A stretch of DNA of 60,765 nucleotides, from the IMG/VR virus record IMGVR_UViG_3300025890_000027, positions 1-60,765 of that record; one strand, written 5' to 3'. Source of the stretch: a virus (taxonomy: Duplodnaviria > Caudoviricetes). The notes beneath the pieces were generated by a model. It had not been told where the DNA came from, searched no databases, and was given only the letters and a program-made list of their open reading frames with translations. This document shows, piece by piece, positions 6,424 to 15,920 of this stretch (positions within the stretch are counted from its first letter, which is position 1; every line of letters starts with the position of its first letter). Both the position numbers and the translations under genes were made by a program.

Positions 6424-9384
6424 ATGAGCAATCTGGAGTGGAATGTCGGCATAAAACTTGACGGAGCTGGGGCCCAACAGCAATTCGACCAATGGCTAAA
6501 TGCAGCTGTTGGTGGAAGCATGGAGGCAAAAAAGAAAATAAATAAAGAACTGGGAGGAAAAGAGGAAAAAAAAGTTAGCATTTTAATCGATAGTAATACA
6601 GGACAATTAGTAAGACAATCTAAACAAGTTCTTACAGAGTGGAATAAAATTCAGAAAGCAATCGACTACTCTAATAAAACCGTAAAGGGATCATTAACAA
6701 GTCTGAGGGCTCAACTAAGGACTCAGATGCAGCTTAGAGATAATATAGTCAGGTATACAGCAGGCGTACGACGTAGCAGTGACGCCTGGATCAGGCAAAA
6801 CAAAATTGTTGAAGATTTAAATAGAAAAATTGCAGATGCCAGTGGAAACTGGATGAAGATGCTATCTTCTCGCATCCCAGGCGGCCAGAATGTAATGAAT
6901 CTGGCAAATGGGTTAAGTCAGGTAAGCATGGCGGCTACTGCAACCGTGATGACAATACAAGCGGTAGCCGGAGCCATTAAACCAGTAGTGGCTCGCGCCA
7001 AACAAATGCAAGCACTTGACTTAGCCTTTCAAGGATTTGGGTTGAGCGCAGAGCAATCAGCGCAGTTCATGCAGCAGGCAAAAGCACAAGCTTTACAATA
7101 CGGATCATCTCTTATTCAGGTAGAAAAAGGGTATAAACGAATAGCTCCAGCTATTATGCAATCGGGAGGTTCGATGCAGGATGTATCAGAGTCGATGGCA
7201 AGCCTCTCTGCTCGTGTGACAACTCTTGGTTTGAACAGTGAACAATCAGGACGATATATCGAAGCGTTCGCTCAGGTTATGGGAAAAGGCAAGCTTCAAG
7301 GAGAAGAATTAAATCAACAGTTCTCTGAACTTGATGGTGCATTGCGTGGTCAGCTTAAATCATATGTTAAAGCAAAATACGGCATAACTGACTTTGAAGA
7401 AGCCATGAGAAAGGGCGAGGTTACTTCTGGAATGTTTAGAGAAGCATTTAATGCTTCTGCTGAAGACATGAGGAATAATCTTGGAGGTGCTATAGGCGAA
7501 GTCCAATCAAGAATAGGTGAACTGAATGTAGCTCAGATTGAGAATATAGGAAATAGTCTTAATACTATAACAATGGAAAGTCTAGTAGAGACTCTTGCTC
7601 CTATCGGAAAGCAAATGCAATCCGTAATTCTTATGTTTCAGCAATTTTTTGCTAATATTGCTACTTCGATGCCCGCGACTCAAGAATATGTCAAAGGCTT
7701 GCTTACAGTGATTGGAGCTCTTATTCAGGTTACGGTTGTAGGATTACTTGGTGCTTTAAAAGCTGTGTTTGTTGCGTTTGAATTTGTAAACTGGATCACA
7801 TTTGAATTGCTTAAAGGTATTGCACGTCTGATTGAAATGATCCCTGGGCTAGGTGGAATGTTCGCCAAAATAGGCGATATTTTCCTGGGGGCTGGGAAAG
7901 CGCTCGCAACGTTTACTGATAGCTGGATGAAAGTAGGCGACTCAGCTAAATCAACAGAGCAAGAATTAAGTTCCCTTGATGGTCGCATCGAAATATTAAG
8001 GAATAAAATAGAAGAAGGTACAGGAGATACTGAAGAACTTCGCAAAAAACTTGAAGAATTACAAGATCAAGCGCAACAAGAGCTAGATACCCAAGCACTC
8101 GATAATTATAAGGAGAAAATCAAGGAATTAAAAGAACAAATAAACGAGGCACAGATAGTCGAGACGGACAAAAAAAGCCTTTGGGACGAAGAAAACCAAA
8201 AATTAAGCGTACTGAAAGGATCAGTCAAGGCTTATTATGAGGGGGTGAAACAAGCTCATGCTGAACGCACTCAAAGAGTTAAGGACTTTTATGACAGCGA
8301 GTTATCTCGACTTGCTCGCAATAAAGAGGCTATGAAGGAAAGTCATCGTTCAGCGATGGAAGATTTGAAGGCAAGAAATCAAGCATCAATAAACGCTCTT
8401 GAGAAGGAGATTCAGGCTCTTCAAGCTAGAACTCCAGCTGAAGAAAAGCTGCAGGTTTTGAGAAAGCAGGAAATTTTAGATAAACTAAAATCTACAGACC
8501 TTAGCGAAAAAGAAAAGCTTGAATTGCAGGCTCAGCTGGAAAGAATGCAGCGCCAGAAGGAAATAGAAGAAAAACAACTTAAACTAAAAGCTGAAAAAGA
8601 AAACGCAGCAAAAGCCGAAGCACAGCTGGCTAAACAACAAAGAGCCGAAGCAAAACAAGCGGCTGAGGAAGAGAAGCAAATGCGAGAGCAAAAGAAAGAA
8701 GCATTGAAGGAGCTAAAAAGGATAGGCAAGGATATAGATGAGCAACAAAAGAATACTACTAGTCTTTTTGAAAATCAGAAAGAAGTTATTGATCTTACTG
8801 GCAAGACCTTTGCAGAAATCAACGATTTAGTAAGTAGACAGGCTGACTTAGCGTACGAAGCTGCAGATGGGTATGAAGCGGCAAAAACAAATGTTAGTCA
8901 ATTAAAGACTCAACTGAAGCAAGCCCAGGCAGAGGCGGCTCGTCTTGGGCGACAACTTAGATCGAACAATGCAGCTACACCCCCGACTACTCCTCCCAAC
9001 GCTTTTACGGGCGGGTCAGTTAAAGGTGGGGCTAGTAGGACAGTCAACGAATTCGGGAGAGAAGGTTTCCTTAGTCTTTCTGGTCGATTGTCCGAAATCA
9101 ATGCTCCTGCCTGGGGGTCCTGGAAGGCTCCTAGCTCTGGTACTATCATCCCCGCTCATGTCTGGGCACAAGTAAAGGCTCAAGGGCTTACAGGAGGTCC
9201 TACGAGGACGCCTACAGCTGTCGGTGCTACTGGTAATATGATGGCGCGAGTCTCAGCTCTTGGAAAAACGGGTAGTAGCGATATCGTTACTAATAATGTT
9301 ACGATTCAAAGTGAGGATGTAGATCGCACTATGCATCAGTCGCTGATCAGTTTGCGTCGCACAAAACGTGCTCGGTATTATTGA
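6424..9384 (+). CDS. Tape measure protein
   Basis: 986 aa; AFAQVMGKGKLQGEELNQQF tape-measure motif, hydrophobic middle, long coiled coil, AFTGGSV...VNEFGRE C-terminal motif. Confidence 0.9.
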   Translation: MSNLEWNVGIKLDGAGAQQQFDQWLNAAVGGSMEAKKKINKELGGKEEKKVSILIDSNTGQLVRQSKQVLTEWNKIQKAIDYSNKTVKGSLTSLRAQLRTQMQLRDNIVRYTAGVRRSSDAWIRQNKIVEDLNRKIADASGNWMKMLSSRIPGGQNVMNLANGLSQVSMAATATVMTIQAVAGAIKPVVARAKQMQALDLAFQGFGLSAEQSAQFMQQAKAQALQYGSSLIQVEKGYKRIAPAIMQSGGSMQDVSESMASLSARVTTLGLNSEQSGRYIEAFAQVMGKGKLQGEELNQQFSELDGALRGQLKSYVKAKYGITDFEEAMRKGEVTSGMFREAFNASAEDMRNNLGGAIGEVQSRIGELNVAQIENIGNSLNTITMESLVETLAPIGKQMQSVILMFQQFFANIATSMPATQEYVKGLLTVIGALIQVTVVGLLGALKAVFVAFEFVNWITFELLKGIARLIEMIPGLGGMFAKIGDIFLGAGKALATFTDSWMKVGDSAKSTEQELSSLDGRIEILRNKIEEGTGDTEELRKKLEELQDQAQQELDTQALDNYKEKIKELKEQINEAQIVETDKKSLWDEENQKLSVLKGSVKAYYEGVKQAHAERTQRVKDFYDSELSRLARNKEAMKESHRSAMEDLKARNQASINALEKEIQALQARTPAEEKLQVLRKQEILDKLKSTDLSEKEKLELQAQLERMQRQKEIEEKQLKLKAEKENAAKAEAQLAKQQRAEAKQAAEEEKQMREQKKEALKELKRIGKDIDEQQKNTTSLFENQKEVIDLTGKTFAEINDLVSRQADLAYEAADGYEAAKTNVSQLKTQLKQAQAEAARLGRQLRSNNAATPPTTPPNAFTGGSVKGGASRTVNEFGREGFLSLSGRLSEINAPAWGSWKAPSSGTIIPAHVWAQVKAQGLTGGPTRTPTAVGATGNMMARVSALGKTGSSDIVTNNVTIQSEDVDRTMHQSLISLRRTKRARYY

Positions 9385-9411
9385 CAATAGGACTATTGTT
9401 ATTGTTAAGCT

Positions 9412-9777
9412 GTGTTTGTTTTTGGTGATCCGAAAGAAGTGGCTCAACTCTTGCTTTCAGAAGTAGCAAGTTATTCTGGTCCTGGACTCCCTGAGACCTC
9501 GACGGAAGAGTGGGACTATGACGAGACGCGTCGTCAGATGATATATGCATCGGCTGCCTTGCGTCGAGCAGCCTCCAATCAGCTGGAACCAAAGGTAATA
9601 GAAGCCGTATGTGACCTTTACGAAGAAGCCTTGTATAAATTTTGCCTTTTGGATGATGTGGTATGGCGAGCCATGAAAATGAAAGAGCACTCCTATCCTT
9701 GGCATGATCAAGCGGCTGAATACCGTCAGTATACTATTGTTTCAAGGATCTGTGATCCAATACTGTCGGAAGACTAA
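9412..9777 (+). CDS. Hypothetical protein
   Basis: 121-aa ORF between tape measure and tail-tip genes; start uncertain. Confidence 0.6.
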   Translation: MFVFGDPKEVAQLLLSEVASYSGPGLPETSTEEWDYDETRRQMIYASAALRRAASNQLEPKVIEAVCDLYEEALYKFCLLDDVVWRAMKMKEHSYPWHDQAAEYRQYTIVSRICDPILSED

Positions 9778-9797
9778 GCCATTCTTGGTGGTAAGTC

Positions 9798-10202
9798 ATG
9801 ACAGGCCTCGCTATTGCCTATACACAGCAAACGGGTGGTAGCGCGAGCTGGAACGTAGTATTTAAAGATTTCACTTCTCCTGATCTGCCTAGACAGTATG
9901 AAGATTCTGCTGGCTTTGGTCGCAGCCAAACTGGAGCTTTAATTCAATCTGGTCCTCGCTACGTTCAAAAGTATATCTGGGTAGTTGATTGCTTGATTGA
10001 TACAGAGGATGCTGAAGCCTTAGATCAACTTTACAGAGCTTGGGACGAAGATAGGGCTACAGGGAAAAGCGTTGCTGTTGGGATCACAGATGCTACCTTC
10101 GGCCTTTCTCTCTCATCGCAAGCAACTTTTACTTCGGCTCCTTCTTTTACTTATGCTAGCCCACGGAAAACTATCGTCAGCTTCGGATTAACACAGGTCT
10201 AA
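9798..10202 (+). CDS. Putative distal tail protein
   Basis: 134 aa beta-rich after tape measure; late motif at 9768. Confidence 0.6.
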   Translation: MTGLAIAYTQQTGGSASWNVVFKDFTSPDLPRQYEDSAGFGRSQTGALIQSGPRYVQKYIWVVDCLIDTEDAEALDQLYRAWDEDRATGKSVAVGITDATFGLSLSSQATFTSAPSFTYASPRKTIVSFGLTQV

Positions 10203-12277
10203 TGGCTTTTCTAATCAACAGCACTCGACTTACTCGCGTTGATATTGGCGGGGAAGACTTCACTGATCAGACCTTGGATATTTCTCTGAGTGACTCGTCG
10301 GGAGTCAAAAACGGCCTAATCGCGACTGACGGGGAAATCTCGTTAGGATATCGTCCAGGAGGAAAAATTAACGAAGACTATGGACGCAATCATTTCAGCA
10401 GAGGGATGCAGATCGACATATTCGTAACCTATCCGGATGGAACCGAGGAAAAGCATCCAAGAGGCCGCTTGTATATCATTGACTCTAAATTTGATCCCCA
10501 GAAAGAATCCATCATTTTAAGCGTTGGATGCAAGATGGCCCTACATGCCCTTGATGGTGATATTAGCGAAATAAAAGATTTACCTAACTTTTACCTTCCA
10601 AGTACTCGACAAAACTATTCATCGATTTCGGCGGCATTGGCTGCTGAAAGCAGGATAGCATGGTATGACAGGGACGGTTTACTTCAGTCAGCCAAGCTTT
10701 GGGAAGGAGAAGGGTCTGATTATTCCGCAACTGCCAAGTGGGTGTCAGTTTTCGGAGTTACCACTTTAGCTATTTCTAGCCTTGACTCCTCAAGGTCTAT
10801 TAGTTCTGGAAAAAGTTCGGGCAATCCTTATTCTGGAGGAGATCCCGACAATATTGAGTTGACATATCAGTATGCACCAAGATTAATTGATGGCGAAACA
10901 GGCTTTCCTGCTGACGAAGAAGGAGGATTCATTAAAGAAGAAGTATCCACTAGTGAATCCAAATATTATACGCAGTACCCCGTTATATTTTACGCTCGTG
11001 AGCCATCAAATACAGGTGAAGATGAAGGGACTTCAGATGGGATCCCTGACTTAGAAACTGTCGGGCTTCCTGAAATGGATAAGGGACTAGAAAGCCCACG
11101 ACCTAGCGATTGCGCCCAAGAGTTTTCCGAAAGCGACAATCCCGCAAGCGCAGATAACAAGCCTGGAGGAGGAGCTGGAAATGGCGATACAAATTGCATG
11201 AGTGGAATGACGACTGTAAGGACTCCTCTCTATGTGGGAGTCGAGAGTAGCTCTGAAACCACAAATTTCTACGGTGGGCCTGGAGGAGCTTTGTCTAAAG
11301 TTGTCTCAGTGAAACGAGGGCCAGCCTTAGAGGCTAATAATCAATATTACGGTGACTTGTATCAACTATGTCGGCAATCTTGGGCAACACGTTGCAACCC
11401 TAACGGCTATTGCGGAACTGACGCTGGGACTAAGCAGCTTGAGCTTTCTAGGTCAGTTCAGCTAACTGAATACAACCCCGATGGGTCGGTGAAAACAGTA
11501 ACTACTGACGAATACAAGCCTTTACTAACAGCAGCATCGACTGACAATTGGAGAGCTGGTGTGGTAGATGGTGTTATGACTTCTTTTAGATCTTTAGGAT
11601 TTGCAGAGACAACATTCTTTCGAGATAGTCGAAAGGTAGTAGAATATCAATACCCAGAGAATGGTACTTATCGCAAGACCACTAGCTATCAAAGCATCAG
11701 ATCACGAGGCCCTTCCAATAAGCTCGATAGCAACTATTTGGATGCTATTAATGGTGTTGTTAAAACAACAGTTGATAGCTCTACTTCTAATGTTATAAAT
11801 GAGGATCAACCTCAATCTCAGGTGAGCCCTGAACCTTCAAGTCTTAGCGATGTATCCATCGTAGCTTTTCCGTCTCACGATCTTCCAGGAACCGATTCTT
11901 CTTTGAAGCCTTTAGTCTACAAAGAAAGCGTACCATATCCTTTCTGGATCATTGCAGGTAGTAATATGAGCTGGGAACAGTCTTTGTCTGAATATGAAGA
12001 CTATACTCGCCGTAACATAAAAGGTGCATCCCTTGGCCTTCGATTAGGCGAATCCTTGAGGCAGGAAATTGCAAGCGAATGGAAACCAAATACTTCTTTC
12101 CGTTATCATGACCCAAGGTACAATATACTGATATCAATGCGCTCTAACGCGCAAACCTGGAGCATGACCCCAGAAGAATGTGTTATGACTGTTGATGGAA
12201 TGGCTGTTGGCTTCTCGAACGGTCAGGTCAACATTCCCGATAACATTGTTGGAGTAACAACGGCGATTTTACCATGA
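10202..12277 (+). CDS. Putative tail tip/hub protein
   Basis: 691 aa coupled to previous gene; position after Dit-like gene. Confidence 0.6.
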   Translation: MAFLINSTRLTRVDIGGEDFTDQTLDISLSDSSGVKNGLIATDGEISLGYRPGGKINEDYGRNHFSRGMQIDIFVTYPDGTEEKHPRGRLYIIDSKFDPQKESIILSVGCKMALHALDGDISEIKDLPNFYLPSTRQNYSSISAALAAESRIAWYDRDGLLQSAKLWEGEGSDYSATAKWVSVFGVTTLAISSLDSSRSISSGKSSGNPYSGGDPDNIELTYQYAPRLIDGETGFPADEEGGFIKEEVSTSESKYYTQYPVIFYAREPSNTGEDEGTSDGIPDLETVGLPEMDKGLESPRPSDCAQEFSESDNPASADNKPGGGAGNGDTNCMSGMTTVRTPLYVGVESSSETTNFYGGPGGALSKVVSVKRGPALEANNQYYGDLYQLCRQSWATRCNPNGYCGTDAGTKQLELSRSVQLTEYNPDGSVKTVTTDEYKPLLTAASTDNWRAGVVDGVMTSFRSLGFAETTFFRDSRKVVEYQYPENGTYRKTTSYQSIRSRGPSNKLDSNYLDAINGVVKTTVDSSTSNVINEDQPQSQVSPEPSSLSDVSIVAFPSHDLPGTDSSLKPLVYKESVPYPFWIIAGSNMSWEQSLSEYEDYTRRNIKGASLGLRLGESLRQEIASEWKPNTSFRYHDPRYNILISMRSNAQTWSMTPEECVMTVDGMAVGFSNGQVNIPDNIVGVTTAILP

Positions 12278-13398
12278 GCTCAATTACTGTTAGCAACGAA
12301 ACCAACATAGACCTTGGAAATAGTGGATCTTTCTGCAATTTCTATCAAGCCAATTCGTTTGATATAAGCTTGGCTTCGGAGTCTGGTGTCTATTATCCAG
12401 CTGATGATTATTATATTGCTTTTCGTCAAACTAATGTGTTTTTTGTCAGTGGCACGGTAGCAACGGGCGGATCTTTGGTGTCTTTGACCCCAAGTGGTGA
12501 CATCCCAGCTGAGTTCAATGGGAACGGAATCTCTGCTAATGCTACTATTATAACTCCTGAGATATTTCTCCCAGGATCAGCAACAGAGGATGGCGAACCA
12601 GTTTTACCTCCGGCGGATCCTCCTCTCGATGATGGGAAAGTTTCAGATCACGCAAATGTCATTCTACTCCTTCATGGCAATGAGACCCCTTTGATTGACA
12701 GCAGTATTCCAGGCAGGACCTTGCTAGTGTCAGGTGATGCAGCTTACGACCCACTAAGAAAAGCTTTTGGTGCTGGCTCTATTAAATTTCCAGCCAATAC
12801 AACGAATAATGGTGTTTATACTGAGATCACTGACAATGATTTATTTACTCTTAACGACGAAGCTTTTACTTTTGAAGCACGTATTCGGCTAGACTCTTTA
12901 GCGGAAAAAGAAAACACTTTATTTTCTTTTGGACTAGGATCTGATATGCGTATGGTCCTTAGTCTCGAAATAACCGCATCAGGAAGTCAAGTTGTTTTTT
13001 ATTGGAAAGACTCTTCGGAAGTAGATCAACAAGTAACAGTTCCACTGTTGGATGACAAGCTAAAAGAAAAACCTCAAGACTTTCAGCAATTTGCATTTGT
13101 ATACAGTAAAGTTCAAGGGCATTTTGGAGCCTTCCTCGACGGAGAAAGGATCGGTCTTCTTGAAGTAGATGATAACACTGATCCAGTATGGCCTGGCCTA
13201 ATAGTAGCTCCTAAGACAGAAGATGTCACATTTAATCTTTCTATTGGGCTGTTAGATCCACTTGACTCGGACAATTCTAAGCAGTTTACCGGGCATATGG
13301 ACGAAGTAAGATTAACCTTGAGAGAAGCTCTTTACAAAACGATTTCGCCAACTGCCGCCGTGTACTCATTTGCTTGGCCAAATCCAATCGGCAGTTAG
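12274..13398 (+). CDS. Tail protein with LamG/ConA-like domain
   Basis: VILLLHG...FGAGSIKF...FTFEARI...FTGHMDEVRLT. Confidence 0.75.
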   Translation: MSSITVSNETNIDLGNSGSFCNFYQANSFDISLASESGVYYPADDYYIAFRQTNVFFVSGTVATGGSLVSLTPSGDIPAEFNGNGISANATIITPEIFLPGSATEDGEPVLPPADPPLDDGKVSDHANVILLLHGNETPLIDSSIPGRTLLVSGDAAYDPLRKAFGAGSIKFPANTTNNGVYTEITDNDLFTLNDEAFTFEARIRLDSLAEKENTLFSFGLGSDMRMVLSLEITASGSQVVFYWKDSSEVDQQVTVPLLDDKLKEKPQDFQQFAFVYSKVQGHFGAFLDGERIGLLEVDDNTDPVWPGLIVAPKTEDVTFNLSIGLLDPLDSDNSKQFTGHMDEVRLTLREALYKTISPTAAVYSFAWPNPIGS

Positions 13399-13448
13399 AC
13401 GAAGAAACTTCAAGGCTAGGAATACTAATCGCAGTAATCTCAAAAAAA

Positions 13449-14183
13449 ATGACCATTGCTGCCAAGGTTACGCCTCTCGAGCTTGGCGAACAAGTAACTA
13501 CTCGCTATGCAGGTCAATATCTTTCTGTTAAGCTTCTTGACACGGCAGGGCTTGCTTACACTCCCGGACTCCAAGACCCGTTGCAGTACGTTATCGATTA
13601 TGAGATTCCACGGGCTTCAGGCTATCTTCCTCAGGTCTTCGGATACGAAGCTAATGATGTCTTGGACTACGCTGATTTCGGGGTAGGATTGCGTCAGAAG
13701 CAGGTGATTTTTCAGCACGACGGAGGCGTCAACTCCTATAGCTTTGACAGCATTTCTGTTCAATGGGCAGGAGGAGTGGTCTTAGGTGTAGAGGTCGACT
13801 CAGGTAGCAGCCCGGGTACTCTTGTGGATGGGGTTTATCAAAACGTAATAGTAGGCAATGTTAGTGGAGAAGGGCAAGGTTTAGCTGTCAATTTTGAAGT
13901 TTTTGATGGTTCGATCGTCTCAATTACCGTACACTCAAGAGGATACGATTATAATGTTCTTGATGACTTGGAGATCTCTTCGGGCGTCTTGTCTATTATC
14001 GGGGCTCACGACGGGTCAGGAGGGGCGCAGGGCATCAATGTGACGTCAGTCTATAACGCAAGCAATCCCGGCGGAGTCGTCTTAATAGCGCCTACGGCGA
14101 ATGTCGTTACGCTAACCAGCGGGAACGAAAGCGCCGTTTACTTTAACTATAAAAACTTTGGATTCTACAATACTTCGTCATGA
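13449..14183 (+). CDS. Virion structural protein
   Basis: ATG 13449 lies 21 nt after late motif; SRGYDYNVLDDL module. Confidence 0.65.
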   Translation: MTIAAKVTPLELGEQVTTRYAGQYLSVKLLDTAGLAYTPGLQDPLQYVIDYEIPRASGYLPQVFGYEANDVLDYADFGVGLRQKQVIFQHDGGVNSYSFDSISVQWAGGVVLGVEVDSGSSPGTLVDGVYQNVIVGNVSGEGQGLAVNFEVFDGSIVSITVHSRGYDYNVLDDLEISSGVLSIIGAHDGSGGAQGINVTSVYNASNPGGVVLIAPTANVVTLTSGNESAVYFNYKNFGFYNTSS

Positions 14184-14452
14184 AAAAAAATTCTAATGTG
14201 CTATTCTTGATGGATCTAGCAAAAGCAAATCAAGAGGTTACTGCTGAAAAGAGAAATGCGAATGGATCATCTATTGCTGATTTCGACGGGGTCGTGCAAG
14301 GTCGCTGGATCAAAATTGCTGAAGACAATTCAGGTGTTGTCGAGTATAATGGAGTAGAATATAATACAATTATGCAAGGCAGGAAGTCAATTCCAAAAGG
14401 AACAAAAGTTAGCCTTGAATTTCGTCAGGGCCATTACATTTCTTCTTGGTAA
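14180..14452 (+). CDS. Small tail protein
   Basis: 90 aa, ATGA overlap with previous gene. Confidence 0.6.
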   Translation: MKKNSNVLFLMDLAKANQEVTAEKRNANGSSIADFDGVVQGRWIKIAEDNSGVVEYNGVEYNTIMQGRKSIPKGTKVSLEFRQGHYISSW

Positions 14453-14456
14453 TAAA

Positions 14457-14678
14457 ATGAGTCCATTTCAACGCCCGAGCATTGGTTCCAAGAATAGAGC
14501 AACTGAGCCACAGTTAACTATTAGGCTTTTGACTGCAATGCCTACTGTTCTCCAGAACATTGATCCCCCAATGCTTCCGAACGAACTGGTGGGAGTTTTT
14601 AATGGTTACGATGGAACTATTCGGTTGCTTGTTACTTCCGCTGACGGAAGAGCTTATATTCCTGTTGGAGCAGCTTAA
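14457..14678 (+). CDS. Small virion protein
   Basis: ATG 14457 (MSPFQRP...), coupled to next gene. Confidence 0.6.
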   Translation: MSPFQRPSIGSKNRATEPQLTIRLLTAMPTVLQNIDPPMLPNELVGVFNGYDGTIRLLVTSADGRAYIPVGAA

Positions 14679-15892
14679 TGAGCCAAGGTGTCTTTTGTCT
14701 AATTCATTTTGACGAAGAAGATCCAGTTGACACTGGACCCACACCATCGAGCACTTTTTTCACTGGCCACGCTGTCCACGATCCTCTTGACGGAGCCTTC
14801 TCTGACCCTCTGGGATGCGCGTCATTCCCTCAGCAACTTGACGAGAATGGTAACCTACTTCCTCCAGAAAGTTATCCTGCCGCTGATCTAAGGAAGATTG
14901 CGACTTTTCGAGATCTTGAGTTTAATAATGACTCTTTTGTTGTCGAGATGCGGATCAAATTTAGCTCTTTGACAGGACTACAACAATTAGCTTCTTATTG
15001 GTCTCCTGCCGCAGGACTTGGATGGGCTATTACAGTTAATTTTACTCAATCAAACCAGACTATTGATTTCTCATGGATCGATCATCATGGAGATAATCGA
15101 AATTTTTCAATTATTCTTAGCGAAGGTTTATTTACAGAAGGAGTTTGGCATCACTTTGTTTTTCAGTATAGTAAAACAAGCGAGTGGTCTTTTGTCTGGA
15201 TAGACGGTCAATTGGCTGGAAGCTTTCTTGGTCCAACCCTTAGCGATCCACAACAGCGAAGATGGGACGGTATATATATACAGACTTTAATGGGAAGCGT
15301 CTATGATCCCGCCGTGAACGGTTTTGTCTTTGATGGTCAGCCTTTATATTTTTCTGTAGGAGGCCCTGAAAACACTCTCAAAGGAGCTGTTGATGAAATT
15401 AGGGTTATCAATGGCTACTTTTACCACCTTGACACGCCTCAATCAAATGCGTCATTGAATGATATCTCTGTGCCAACGACCCCATACGATGATTTTCCTC
15501 CTCCTCTGATCCCGGAAGATCTTAACTCTATAGAAATAAGCAAAGGAATGATGAATGACATTATTACGACTCGTTACGAGGAGCCTCGTTATACTCCGGC
15601 TTTAGTCAAGGTCAATTCCAGCCTTCCAACTGAAAGGGCCACAATTCAAGCCTCGCCATTCGGCAGGGATCCAGCGTTATTTGGGTACAACGAAGGAACA
15701 ATATACGTCCATCAGCCTCGGCCTGACTTCCCGCTAGCTTTTCTTTATGTATTGTACAACATACAAGGAGAAGGGGAGACTCCCATCCTTAGGTGGGTTC
15801 CTGTTAATATGCCCAAGCTAGGTAAAATAAATACAATTTCTGGCTCTAATTGGAAAAACCGAAAAGGATTCAAACTGGGCGAGCCCTTCTAG
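14678..15892 (+). CDS. Tail protein with LamG/ConA-like domain
   Basis: FVVEMRIKF...WHHFVFQY...WIDGQL...GAVDEIRV. Confidence 0.75.
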   Translation: MSQGVFCLIHFDEEDPVDTGPTPSSTFFTGHAVHDPLDGAFSDPLGCASFPQQLDENGNLLPPESYPAADLRKIATFRDLEFNNDSFVVEMRIKFSSLTGLQQLASYWSPAAGLGWAITVNFTQSNQTIDFSWIDHHGDNRNFSIILSEGLFTEGVWHHFVFQYSKTSEWSFVWIDGQLAGSFLGPTLSDPQQRRWDGIYIQTLMGSVYDPAVNGFVFDGQPLYFSVGGPENTLKGAVDEIRVINGYFYHLDTPQSNASLNDISVPTTPYDDFPPPLIPEDLNSIEISKGMMNDIITTRYEEPRYTPALVKVNSSLPTERATIQASPFGRDPALFGYNEGTIYVHQPRPDFPLAFLYVLYNIQGEGETPILRWVPVNMPKLGKINTISGSNWKNRKGFKLGEPF

Positions 15893-15920
15893 GTAAACTA
15901 TCGCAGTTGTTTACAGGCTG

